Shown here: positions 16,826 through 25,691 of the stretch, one piece after another
How positions within the stretch are numbered: position 1 is the stretch's first letter
How the letters are laid out: every line of letters begins with the position of its first letter
From: Candidatus Cloacimonadota bacterium
GTDB lineage: Bacteria; Cloacimonadota; Cloacimonadia; Cloacimonadales; JAIOQZ01
DNA length: 64,000 bases
Direction: 5' to 3'
NCBI GenBank assembly: GCA_021108395.1
Contig: JAIOQZ010000026.1
Span: forward strand, 30,051 to 94,050
The notes under the pieces: model-generated
The model's input: the letters and a program-made list of their open reading frames with translations, nothing else
What the model was told of the DNA's origin: nothing
Database searches by the model: none
Program-made: the position numbers and the translations under genes

Positions 16826-17950
16826 TCACTCGGCGATGATCTCTACATTGGCGCGAGGAATGAGGACGCAGTTGCCGTCTTCCAGCTCGGCTTCGAGGAT
16901 GCGCACCTTTGTTTCGCTTTCCACTACCTTGGGCTCCTCCGGCATGGCCACTACCTTGCCAATCTTGCCGAAGTTGGGCTGGCGGATAACGCGGATGGTC
17001 TTGCCCACCTCGAGGAAGGGAAGTTCAGCTTCATCGTGGCCATCGCTTGCAGTCGTAACGGCCTTGGGGATAATGATCTCCGGTCGGATAACACCGGCGC
17101 GAATCTGTGTCTTGCCGTGCATCGAGGTACGGTGGCCGTTGTATTTATTCAGCAGGTCGAATGTGTGCTGCGCCATGCGGATGTTGCCAAAGCCCTCGGT
17201 GACGACAAGGGTGATGCCGACGTTTTCGTGACCGGTGATGGCGACGCCAATGTCATAGCCGAGCAGTTTCTTCAAGTCCTGGTCGTTGATGCCGCCGGTG
17301 ATGATGCCTTTTACGCCGACTTCGATCGCCTTCTTGACCGACTCGTAGGGGATAAGCTCGCCGCTGACGATAATCTTGTCTTTGTGCGATTCGTCGATGC
17401 GATCGGGCGTGAGGATTTCTTCGGGGCTGCTGATGAAACAGGCGATTTCGCCGGTGATTTCGTTGCCGATGCCGAAGATACCCTGGATGTACGCCGAGCG
17501 GTTCTCGACCACCACTCCCTCTTCGGGAATCACCTCGACCACGATGCCATCGATGAAGGCGCGCACCTCGATGGGGTTGCGCGGCTCACGCAGCAGCGCC
17601 TGGCCAGTGTGACGGCTTACGCTTTCTATCTCGCCGTCTGTGGGCGACTTGACAGCGGTCTTGAACATGCCCATGAAGCCCTTGGTCTGGGCAAGCACCT
17701 GGCCTTTGGTTATCATGTCGCCTTCCTTGACCATGAGGAAGTTGCCAACCATGTCGGGCGTCACGCCCAGTTTGTTGGCCAGATTCAGCGGCACCACTTT
17801 GCCCGGAAGCATGGTGACGGCAACCACGTCCTCAGCCTTGACGGTGTCTCCCTCGGAGGCTTTCACCTCGCCCTTCAGGGGAAGTATCCGCTGCTGGCGG
17901 ACGATCATGCTATCGGTTACGGCGAGTCCTTGTGAATATGATTTTCCCAT
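16826..17950 (-). CDS. Conserved hypothetical protein with a barrel-sandwich-hybrid-like N-terminal region and a KOW/SH3-like C-terminus
   Basis: True start is ATG 17950 with AGGAGGA 4-5 nt upstream. The 81 codons upstream in the ORF track overlap the preceding gene and look like junk (Arg-rich). KEGDMITKGQVLAQT is lipoyl/biotinyl-fold-like but has no modified Lys motif. Confidence 0.7.
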   Translation of the reverse strand: MGKSYSQGLAVTDSMIVRQQRILPLKGEVKASEGDTVKAEDVVAVTMLPGKVVPLNLANKLGVTPDMVGNFLMVKEGDMITKGQVLAQTKGFMGMFKTAVKSPTDGEIESVSRHTGQALLREPRNPIEVRAFIDGIVVEVIPEEGVVVENRSAYIQGIFGIGNEITGEIACFISSPEEILTPDRIDESHKDKIIVSGELIPYESVKKAIEVGVKGIITGGINDQDLKKLLGYDIGVAITGHENVGITLVVTEGFGNIRMAQHTFDLLNKYNGHRTSMHGKTQIRAGVIRPEIIIPKAVTTASDGHDEAELPFLEVGKTIRVIRQPNFGKIGKVVAMPEEPKVVESETKVRILEAELEDGNCVLIPRANVEIIAE

Positions 17951-17958
17951 GCTTCCTC

Positions 17959-19824
17959 CTACTTCAATATCTCTGCGGGATAGATGTCGAGTTCGCGCAT
18001 CCACTTCTTCAGCAACGGTACGCGTGCGCCTGCTTCCACAGGCAACACGAACGGCCTGCGGCCTCGCGTGTCGAGAACGATGCCAACGACGCCACCATAA
18101 AGCTCGGTTTCGAGTTCCTGGTTCTTGCCCGCGCCCACGTCCAGTCCGCGGCCTGGCTTCAGCAGCGCTTTGGCCTTTGTGTCCACCGGGCATGGAATAA
18201 GCCGAACTTCACCAAAGGGGATTTCCTGTTTCCATTTCTCGCCACCGGGCAGCTCGATTTCGGCGGTGAGGGCGATCTTGTCGGGCTTTATCTTGCCCAC
18301 CGGCGCAACGCAGGTACCCATGTAAATCATGCAGTCCTTGTTGAACACCTCGATGGCCGCCTGCGGACTGATCTCGGCCAGCACGCCCAGGTGCGGCATC
18401 ATGAAGATGCTGTCCACGCCGAGGCGGGTAACGCCCTCTGGCAGGAAAGCGTCGATGAGCATCATTACGGTCTGGCTGCGGCGCGGCGCGTGCGAGGCAA
18501 CACCGCCCGAACCCACCAGCAGGTCGAGTGTGAGCATGTTCACGATGGTCGCGCCCGAAGTTGACTGCTCGAACGCCTCCGAGATCTCGCGACTCTTTTG
18601 CGTACCCTTGAGGGTAACGGCGAACTCTTTGTGCTGCTCGAATGCCAGGCGCAACGCCTCTTTGGCGATGGCCTGTTCGAGCACGAGTTCTTCGAGCTTG
18701 GCGGGGATGGTGGTGGGGCGAATCATCTTGTTTTTGATCATGTTGCGCAGGTCGTTCTCGTCGATGTCGAACGGAACCCAGCGCAGGATGTTGGGCAAGC
18801 CGGTACTGGCCAGCACGTTCGAGATGCTGTAGCTCATGCCGAGGTTGGCGCTCACGGTGCGGTTGAACACGCGATCTTCGGTGAACACCGAGAATACGTC
18901 GGTGGTTGCGCCACCGATGTCAACGCCCAGCACCTCGATATTCTCTTCTTCGTTGAGCTTCTTCATGATGTTGCCCACGGCTGCCGGCGTCGGCATGATG
19001 TCGATATGGGCCAGCTTGCCGTCAATGGGGCCGCGCGTCCAGCTCATGAGCTTGTTGTAACCCGGCGCCTGCTGCATCACATGCTCCATGAAGAGGTCGT
19101 GAATCTTGTCGCGGGCAGGGCCCAGGTTCTCGCGCTCCAGCGTGGGACGAATATTCTCGGTAATAATCAGGTCGGTCTTGTCCTTGAGCGTCTCTTCTAT
19201 AATGTCAACAGCCTTTATGTTGCCGGCATATATGACCGGAAGCCGATAGCTCTGGCCCAGGCGGGGCTTGGGGTCGGCGGCGGCGACAAGCTCGGCCAGC
19301 TCGGCCACGTGCTTGGTGGTGCCGCCATCCACGCCACCGGCCATGAGAATCATGTCGGGGCGAAGCTGCCGGATGCGCTCGATCTTGGTGTGGTTGGGGC
19401 GCTGGTCGTTGCTGGCGATGAGGTCCATAACGATGGCGCCCGCGCCCAGAGCGGCGCGCTCGGCGCTCTCGCCGGTCATCTTGGCGACCACGCCCGTCAC
19501 CATCATCTGCAGTCCGCCACCGGCGCTGGAGGTGGATACATAGGCGTCGGAGCCAACGTCTCCGTTGCGCGGGATGATGATCTCTTCATTCTCGATAAAG
19601 CGGATAGCAGGATTATTATACTTCATCCGCGCCAGTTCTTCGAGCTCCTGCACAGCGTTGATAACGCCTTTTGTCACATCGTTGAGAGGCGCTTCGACTG
19701 TGGTGGGCGCCTCACCGCGAACGGTCTGACGATATTCGCCGTCCACATACTCAATAAGGATGGCCTTGGTGGTGGTGCTGCCGCAGTCCGTTGCGATAAT
19801 TCTTGTCAACTGCTCGTTTGCCAT
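17959..19824 (-). CDS. GlmL/MutL-like ASKHA-superfamily ATPase (glutamate mutase L-like), long form
   Basis: N-terminal phosphate-1 motif IIATDCGSTTTKAILIE and a second actin-fold repeat VLGVDIGGATTDVFSV. ATG 19824 is preceded by GGAGGA. Confidence 0.7.
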   Translation of the reverse strand: MANEQLTRIIATDCGSTTTKAILIEYVDGEYRQTVRGEAPTTVEAPLNDVTKGVINAVQELEELARMKYNNPAIRFIENEEIIIPRNGDVGSDAYVSTSSAGGGLQMMVTGVVAKMTGESAERAALGAGAIVMDLIASNDQRPNHTKIERIRQLRPDMILMAGGVDGGTTKHVAELAELVAAADPKPRLGQSYRLPVIYAGNIKAVDIIEETLKDKTDLIITENIRPTLERENLGPARDKIHDLFMEHVMQQAPGYNKLMSWTRGPIDGKLAHIDIMPTPAAVGNIMKKLNEEENIEVLGVDIGGATTDVFSVFTEDRVFNRTVSANLGMSYSISNVLASTGLPNILRWVPFDIDENDLRNMIKNKMIRPTTIPAKLEELVLEQAIAKEALRLAFEQHKEFAVTLKGTQKSREISEAFEQSTSGATIVNMLTLDLLVGSGGVASHAPRRSQTVMMLIDAFLPEGVTRLGVDSIFMMPHLGVLAEISPQAAIEVFNKDCMIYMGTCVAPVGKIKPDKIALTAEIELPGGEKWKQEIPFGEVRLIPCPVDTKAKALLKPGRGLDVGAGKNQELETELYGGVVGIVLDTRGRRPFVLPVEAGARVPLLKKWMRELDIYPAEILK

Positions 19825-19852
19825 ACGTTCCTCCATCTATATTGTATCTTTC

Positions 19853-20218
19853 TTACTTCTTTCCAAAAAAACGCCCCAGTGAACGTTTGAAGCGATTCAG
19901 GCGACGCTTGCGCAGCATCCGTGCCCGCTGGCGCTCCTCGTGGTGCATCTCATTGTCGAGATGTTCGAGCCGCTTGAGCAGCAACTCGACGTATTCGTCG
20001 CGCTCGATGAGAGCAGCGAACTCCTGATATTCACTGGCGTTGAAAATGAGCTCGGCGAACGGCGCTACGAAGTACAACACCTGGCTTCCCAGAAAGTTCA
20101 GGGGTTTCACCGACTCTATTCCCATGATGGCCGGCACGGCCATGTTCCGTTCTACCAGAAACCTGGCAATCTTCTCAATGCGCTCTATCGCCTTCTGTTC
20201 ATCGATTTCTACTATCAT
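19853..20218 (-). CDS. Small hypothetical protein with a basic C-terminal tail
   Basis: 121-aa ORF whose start lies 1 nt after the comF stop. Central hydrophobic stretch; C-terminal RQRARMLRKRRLNRFKRSLGRFFGKK. Confidence 0.55.
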   Translation of the reverse strand: MIVEIDEQKAIERIEKIARFLVERNMAVPAIMGIESVKPLNFLGSQVLYFVAPFAELIFNASEYQEFAALIERDEYVELLLKRLEHLDNEMHHEERQRARMLRKRRLNRFKRSLGRFFGKK

Positions 20219-20219
20219 T

Positions 20220-20918
20220 TCATGCCCTCGCTATTGTCAAGACAAATACATGTTGCGCAGCGCCATATCCACCCTTTCCATCCATCATCAGAACCGCGGC
20301 TACAGATGACACCGTGGCGCCGGTGGTAAACACATCGTCCACCACAAGTACGGTACGCCCCGAAAGATCGATGGCAGGGTCACGCTCAAAGGCGCCGGCC
20401 ACGTTGGTCTGTCGCTCGGTGCGGTCAAGATGCGTCTGCGATTGCGTGTGCCGGCGGCGGCGCACCAAGCTCGGCGAAAGATTGCTGTTCAGTCCCGCGG
20501 CCAGCTCACGAGCCAGCAGCAGCGCCTGGTTGTAGCCGCGTTCGCGCTTGCGGGTGGAGTGCAACGGCACCGGCACCACATAGTCTGGTGGCGCAAACGG
20601 CTTCACCTCGTGCATATAGCACACTGCCCGTTGCCCCAGAAACCGCGCTACGCGGGTCGCTTCTTCATACTTGAGCTGGTGTATCAGCCGACGGACAGCG
20701 GGCGTGTAGCTGAAAACCGCCGCAGCGGTTGTCCAGTCGGCGCCCTCGCCCCGCAGGTGGTTTTCATTGAACCGCAGCCCGTCGCGGCAAGCGGCGCACA
20801 GCCATTGTTCGCTGCCCATCAGTCTCTGATTGCAACCGGCGCACCAGGCGGGAAACATCGCCTGGAGCAGGCTACGCGAGAAATTTCTCCAGCGATTCAA
20901 AGAGCGCTGCGCCGTCAC
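20220..20918 (-). CDS. comF: ComF-family phosphoribosyltransferase-like protein
   Basis: N-terminal zinc-finger-like [30 protein letters not shown]. PRTase motif [15 protein letters not shown]. Confidence 0.8.
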   Translation of the reverse strand: MTAQRSLNRWRNFSRSLLQAMFPAWCAGCNQRLMGSEQWLCAACRDGLRFNENHLRGEGADWTTAAAVFSYTPAVRRLIHQLKYEEATRVARFLGQRAVCYMHEVKPFAPPDYVVPVPLHSTRKRERGYNQALLLARELAAGLNSNLSPSLVRRRRHTQSQTHLDRTERQTNVAGAFERDPAIDLSGRTVLVVDDVFTTGATVSSVAAVLMMDGKGGYGAAQHVFVLTIARA

Positions 20919-21561
20919 GGCTCACCACCACATCTTCGGCGGCACGCTCGGGGTGCGGCATCATTCCCAGCACGTTGCGGCCTTCATTGACGATTCCGGC
21001 AATATTGTCAAGCGAACCGTTGGGGTTTGCCGCACTGCTCACCTCACCGCCGGCAGAGCAGTAGCGAAACACAACCTGTCCGTTGTCGCGCAGGCGCTGT
21101 AGCCCTTCGGCGTCGATGGTGTAGTTGCCTTCCTTGTGGGCGATGGGAATGTCGAGCACGCTGCCAGTATGGATGCCACCGGTGAACGGAGTCTCGGCAG
21201 TCTCAACCCGCACATGCTGATGCCGGCAGATGAACTGCAGGTCGCGGTTCATCATCAGCGCGCCGGGCAGCAGGCCCGTCTCGGTTAACACCTGAAAGCC
21301 GTTGCACACGCCCAGCACAAGTCCGCCACGTTTGGCGAAGCGCACGATCTCGTTCACAATCGGGCTGAACCGCGCAATAGCGCCGGCGCGAAGGTAATCG
21401 CCATAGGAAAACCCGCCCGGCAGGTACACCACGTCCGGCCGTGACAGCGAGGTGTCCTTGTGCCACACAAACTCGACCTCGTGGCCGCGTATGCTGGGGA
21501 TGTGGAAGCTGTCGCGGTCGCAGTTCGAGCCGGGGAACACGATCACGTTGAAGCGTGCCAT
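20872..21561 (-). CDS. purQ: Phosphoribosylformylglycinamidine synthase, glutaminase subunit
   Basis: [24 protein letters not shown] (catalytic Cys) and MPHPER motifs. Confidence 0.92.
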   Translation of the reverse strand: MARFNVIVFPGSNCDRDSFHIPSIRGHEVEFVWHKDTSLSRPDVVYLPGGFSYGDYLRAGAIARFSPIVNEIVRFAKRGGLVLGVCNGFQVLTETGLLPGALMMNRDLQFICRHQHVRVETAETPFTGGIHTGSVLDIPIAHKEGNYTIDAEGLQRLRDNGQVVFRYCSAGGEVSSAANPNGSLDNIAGIVNEGRNVLGMMPHPERAAEDVVVSRDGAALFESLEKFLA

Positions 21562-21563
21562 GC

Positions 21564-21806
21564 TCAGTCCTCGAGCTCGATGCGGAATGTCTCGGTGTTG
21601 GGATTGGCCAGCACCTTGTCGGCGGCGCGTTCAAGCTCGACGCGGGCAGCTTCACGGTCGGCGGTGTCCAGCTCGATCTCGATCATCTTGCTCACGCGCA
21701 CCTGGCGCACCGAGTTGTAACCGAGGTTGTTCAGCGTCTGCATGACCACTTTGCCCTGAGGATCGAGGACATCTGGTTTGAGGCTTACGAATACTTTCGC
21801 TTTCAT
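21564..21806 (-). CDS. purS: Phosphoribosylformylglycinamidine synthase subunit PurS
   Basis: 80 aa, [21 protein letters not shown].., immediately upstream of purQ. Confidence 0.88.
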   Translation of the reverse strand: MKAKVFVSLKPDVLDPQGKVVMQTLNNLGYNSVRQVRVSKMIEIELDTADREAARVELERAADKVLANPNTETFRIELED

Positions 21807-22547
21807 TTATCCATCCTTACAGTTGTTATCTTGTTCACCGCCGGCGGGTTTATAGAGATGCAAGCTGCACGCGGCCTGACGCAACACGCCCCAGAGCACA
21901 TACAAGCTCATCACGCCAAAGAAAACATAGTGCGGGAACCAGAACGCCAGGCCCAGCACTGCGAGCGCCAGCGCTCCCAGCGCTCGCGCCTTGAGGCTGT
22001 GCAGTTCACGGCGGTCTATGGGCGGGTACTCGATGCTGCTGATCATCAACAGCGTCATGCAGGCCACAATCACCAGCAACCAGACATCGGCGTTGGGCAG
22101 CAGGCGCGTTTGCAGTTGCAATATCACCAGCGACGCCACCATGCCCGCCGCTGACGGTATGGGCAGGCCCTCGAACGGCTTCTTGCTCTCGAGGTCGTCG
22201 TTCTTGATGTTGAAGCGCGCCAGACGCAGTCCACCGGCGACAACGAACGCGATGGCAACCACCGCTCCCATTACCCCGAACTGATGCAGCCCAACCCGCC
22301 AGGCCAGAAAGCCGGGAACGACGCCGAAAGCCACGAAATCGCTCAGGCTGTCGAACTCGGCGCCAAAGTGCGTGGAAGCGCCCAGCGTCCGCGCGAGCTT
22401 GCCATCTAACCCGTCGCACAGCATAGACAGCACGATGAGCCACGCGGCGACAACGAACATATCCACATGGACAGCCTGCAAGGCCAGCAGGGCCGCCACC
22501 AGGCTGGTCAGCGTGACCAGGTTAGGCGGTATCTGTTTCGCCTTCAT
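21807..22547 (-). CDS. pssA: CDP-diacylglycerol--serine O-phosphatidyltransferase (CDP-alcohol phosphatidyltransferase family)
   Basis: DGLDGKLARTLGASTHFGAEFDSLSDFVAFG matches DG(x2)AR(x8)G(x3)D(x3)D. Multiple TM segments. Confidence 0.85.
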   Translation of the reverse strand: MKAKQIPPNLVTLTSLVAALLALQAVHVDMFVVAAWLIVLSMLCDGLDGKLARTLGASTHFGAEFDSLSDFVAFGVVPGFLAWRVGLHQFGVMGAVVAIAFVVAGGLRLARFNIKNDDLESKKPFEGLPIPSAAGMVASLVILQLQTRLLPNADVWLLVIVACMTLLMISSIEYPPIDRRELHSLKARALGALALAVLGLAFWFPHYVFFGVMSLYVLWGVLRQAACSLHLYKPAGGEQDNNCKDG

Positions 22548-23118
22548 CCTGCTTTCCTATCACTGTTTCGCCTGCCGAAACGGGCTGGCCTGGTACGACG
22601 CTCACTTCCCAGTCCTTCGAGAGCGTGACACGAGCCTCGCCGCCAAAGGGAAACACGCCCATGAGCCTCCCCTGGAGACCGGGGCGATCGTCGAGAAGAT
22701 GAAAGCGGCCGGCGGCAATCTGCCAACTGACGTCGCCGCCGATGCTGCGAACCGTGCGCGTGTCTGCCGGAACTTCGCCGGCCAGTGCGCTACGCACATC
22801 CGCCGGATCGAACATTCGTTTGCGGATGACGATGACCGTCTCGGTGGGGTGCTCGGTAACGGCGGTCACCTTGCCGCACACAGGCGACAATATCGCCCCT
22901 GGTTCATCGGGTGGCGTCAGCCGCCGCAGGCGATAGGCAAAGAACACCACGAAATAGCCCAGCAGAGCCACCACCGACAGCCAGCGCAGCACGGGGGTCT
23001 CCACATAAAAGTTGGCCACGAACGAAACGACTATGAGCGCGATGCTGGGTATCAGCATGCGGTATTTCAGTCGCATGACGTCGATAAAGATGCTCGTGGG
23101 ATTGTATTTCTGTATCAC
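22522..23118 (-). CDS. Phosphatidylserine decarboxylase-like protein (short form) lacking the Gly-Ser self-processing site
   Basis: Two N-terminal TM helices. ILSPVCGKVTAV sits where PSDs have SPaDGkv. GVFPFGGEARVTL sits where PSDs have FGS(T/R)V. GTGA overlap with the purB stop, and the pssA start overlaps its 3-prime end. Confidence 0.55.
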   Translation of the reverse strand: MIQKYNPTSIFIDVMRLKYRMLIPSIALIVVSFVANFYVETPVLRWLSVVALLGYFVVFFAYRLRRLTPPDEPGAILSPVCGKVTAVTEHPTETVIVIRKRMFDPADVRSALAGEVPADTRTVRSIGGDVSWQIAAGRFHLLDDRPGLQGRLMGVFPFGGEARVTLSKDWEVSVVPGQPVSAGETVIGKQDEGETDTA

Positions 23119-24407
23119 AGGCCCACCCGCTGAAAGATGAAATCGACTTGAGCGGAGTAGCGGTCGTAGCTGAAGATATCGGCCAGCGCTTCATTGCCCA
23201 GCAGGGCCATAATCTCGGTGTCTGCCTCGATGAGCGTTCGTAGCGGCGTGCCTTGCTCCCAGCACTTCATGGCGTTACGCTGCACCATGCTGTAGGCCGT
23301 CTCGCGGGTAACGCCGCGTTCGGCCAGCGCCAGCAGCAGCGCCTGAGAAAACACCAAGCCGTTGGTCAGTTCGAGATTGTGCATCATACGTTCGGGATAC
23401 ACCTCGAGCCGCTCGACAAGGTCTATGGTCTTGGACAGCATGTAGTCAAGCAATATGGTCGAGTCGGGCAGAATGACACGCTCGACGGACGAGTGGCTGA
23501 TGTCGCGTTCGTGCCACAGGGCGATGTTTTCGAAAGCGGTGTGGGCATTGCTGCGAATAACCCGTGACAGGCCGCAGATGCGTTCGCTGATAATGGGGTT
23601 CTTTTTGTGTGGCATGGCCGAGCTGCCCTTTTGCCCGGGCGCAAAGCCCTCGGCGGCTTCGAGCACCTCGGTGCGTTGCAGGTGGCGCACCTCGAGGGCA
23701 ATCTTTTCGAGCGTTCCGGCGATGATGGCCAGCGTCGAACAGAACTCGGCGTGGCGGTCGCGCTGAATGACCTGCGTGGCGATGTTGACCGCTTTCAGTT
23801 CGAGGTACTCGCAGGCGATTGTCTCAACCTCTGGCGAGATGTGCGCGTAGTTGCCCACGGCGCCGGATATCTGGCCAACGGAGACGGTCTCGATGGCGCG
23901 CTCGAGTCGCTTGATGTCCCGCTGGATTTCGTCGAACCACAGGGCAAACTTGAGACCGAATATGGTCGGCTCGGCGTGGATACCGTGCGAGCGGCCCACG
24001 CACAGCAGGTCGCGGTGCTTTCTGGCACGCTGGCGCAAGGCCTCGGCCAGGCTTGCCAGTCCAGCCAGCAGCAGCTCCCCCGCCTGACGCAACTGTATGG
24101 CGATGGCCGTGTCCAGCACGTCCGACGAGGTCATGCCATAGTGAACCCAGCGAGATGCCGGGCCAACATGCTCGGCGACGCTGGTGAGAAAGGCGATGAC
24201 GTCGTGGTGCGTCTCGGCTTCGATTTCGGCAATGCGCCCGACGTCGAAGTCGGCTTTGTCTAGAATGACGATGAGATCGTCATCGGGAATCATGTCGAGA
24301 CGGTTCATGGCGCGGCAGGCGGCCAGCTCGACCTTGAGCCAGCAGCGGTACTTGTTCTCCAGTTCCCAGATGCCGCCCATCTCTGGCCGTGTGTAACGTT
24401 CAATCAT
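23115..24407 (-). CDS. purB: Adenylosuccinate lyase
   Basis: MIERYTRPEMGGIW..WLKVELAA N-terminus. GSSAMPHKKNP signature of the fumarase/ASL family. Confidence 0.93.
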   Translation of the reverse strand: MIERYTRPEMGGIWELENKYRCWLKVELAACRAMNRLDMIPDDDLIVILDKADFDVGRIAEIEAETHHDVIAFLTSVAEHVGPASRWVHYGMTSSDVLDTAIAIQLRQAGELLLAGLASLAEALRQRARKHRDLLCVGRSHGIHAEPTIFGLKFALWFDEIQRDIKRLERAIETVSVGQISGAVGNYAHISPEVETIACEYLELKAVNIATQVIQRDRHAEFCSTLAIIAGTLEKIALEVRHLQRTEVLEAAEGFAPGQKGSSAMPHKKNPIISERICGLSRVIRSNAHTAFENIALWHERDISHSSVERVILPDSTILLDYMLSKTIDLVERLEVYPERMMHNLELTNGLVFSQALLLALAERGVTRETAYSMVQRNAMKCWEQGTPLRTLIEADTEIMALLGNEALADIFSYDRYSAQVDFIFQRVGL

Positions 24408-25057
24408 GGCATATTCTCCGGCAGGGGCAACGGCGGAACTCCCACCGGCCCGGGTGTAAATTTATCGACCAGCAGTTTCACGCTCTCGCCTGTCTCTGTG
24501 CGCAGTTCAAGCACGTCCAACTGACCGGCTGTGCTATAGTCGAGGTTGACGAACCCTGCACCGCCAAGCTTCTGCACTCGGCCAATGCGGTACTGGCTGT
24601 CGAATGTGAAAACGAGGCTGTCCATTGTAGCGGTTCGCGTCTGCACTATTTCTCGCAGGTAATCTCGTTGCAGGCGCAGCAGGCCGTCGTCAATCAGCAG
24701 CAGGCGGCGGGTTTGCTCGTCCAGCGGCTGGGCTTCTGTCTGACCCATCATGCTCACCACCAGCAGGCTGTCTATGTAAACGGTGGCGAACACACTGCCC
24801 GAAGCCGCGAACAGGCCGCCCTCGATGATGTCGATGCGGATGGCGCTTCCGTTCTTGCGCAGCACCGCTTCTTTGTGCAAGGCCAATCCCTGCGCCTCGA
24901 TTGTCACCACGCCATCGATGCGGAACGAGCGCCACATTTCGAGATGCTCGCGCACCTGGCGTTGGGCGTCGCGGTCGGGGAACAACCCCGCGCAACCGGC
25001 GAGAAGCAGCGCGAGAGTGAAAGCGAAAATGGCGTGGGTGGCGCGGCGACTACTCAT
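24404..25057 (-). CDS. Lipoprotein, LolB/DUF4292-like, tandem paralog 2
   Basis: Internal ATG 25057 gives MSSRRATHAIFAFTLALLLAGCAG (lipobox LAGC). Colinear with the upstream paralog. Confidence 0.6.
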   Translation of the reverse strand: MSSRRATHAIFAFTLALLLAGCAGLFPDRDAQRQVREHLEMWRSFRIDGVVTIEAQGLALHKEAVLRKNGSAIRIDIIEGGLFAASGSVFATVYIDSLLVVSMMGQTEAQPLDEQTRRLLLIDDGLLRLQRDYLREIVQTRTATMDSLVFTFDSQYRIGRVQKLGGAGFVNLDYSTAGQLDVLELRTETGESVKLLVDKFTPGPVGVPPLPLPENMP

Positions 25058-25691
25058 GGCCTGCTCCTTCGGCAATAGGCGGAACGACCGTCGGGCCAGG
25101 TTCAAAAGTGCGAATCTCCAGCGCCAATTGGTCGCCTTCCGAGGACTTCATATCCAGCAATTTCGGTCGCCCCGTCGAGGCGTACTGCACGAACAAAGAG
25201 ATCTCGTCCTCGTACACGATGCTGATGATGCGGTATTCGTCATCAAAGGTGACCAACGCTCCGTCGTTGAGCGTCACCTGCCGTTGACGGACGATGTCGC
25301 CAATGTACTCCTTCGCGAAGCGATCGAGCAACTCATCGGGCAGTGTCCACCCCTTTACATCATCGGTAAGCGGTTCAACCTCGATTTCGTCCATGAAACT
25401 GTTCACGACAGTTGAATCGACGTATATCGAAGCGAAGGGAGCGCCCCTGGAATCCAACATGCCATAATCGAACATGTCGATGCGCATGCGCCCGGAAGAC
25501 TTACGGATGATGAACTCGCCTGGCAATTCATCCTCGCCGGATGAGATACGGCAAACCCCAGTGGCCTGGAAGGCGCGCCACATGTCAAGATGCTCGCGCA
25601 CCTGGCGTTGGGCGTCGCGGTTTGCGGACAACCCCGCGCAACCGGTCATGGCTACGGTCAATAATACCAGTAAGGCAATGTTAAATCGCAT
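25050..25691 (-). CDS. Lipoprotein, LolB/DUF4292-like, tandem paralog 1
   Basis: Internal ATG 25691 gives MRFNIALLVLLTVAMTGCAG (lipobox MTGC). Shares GCAGL..RDAQRQVREHL.MWR with the downstream paralog. Confidence 0.6.
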   Translation of the reverse strand: MRFNIALLVLLTVAMTGCAGLSANRDAQRQVREHLDMWRAFQATGVCRISSGEDELPGEFIIRKSSGRMRIDMFDYGMLDSRGAPFASIYVDSTVVNSFMDEIEVEPLTDDVKGWTLPDELLDRFAKEYIGDIVRQRQVTLNDGALVTFDDEYRIISIVYEDEISLFVQYASTGRPKLLDMKSSEGDQLALEIRTFEPGPTVVPPIAEGAGHE

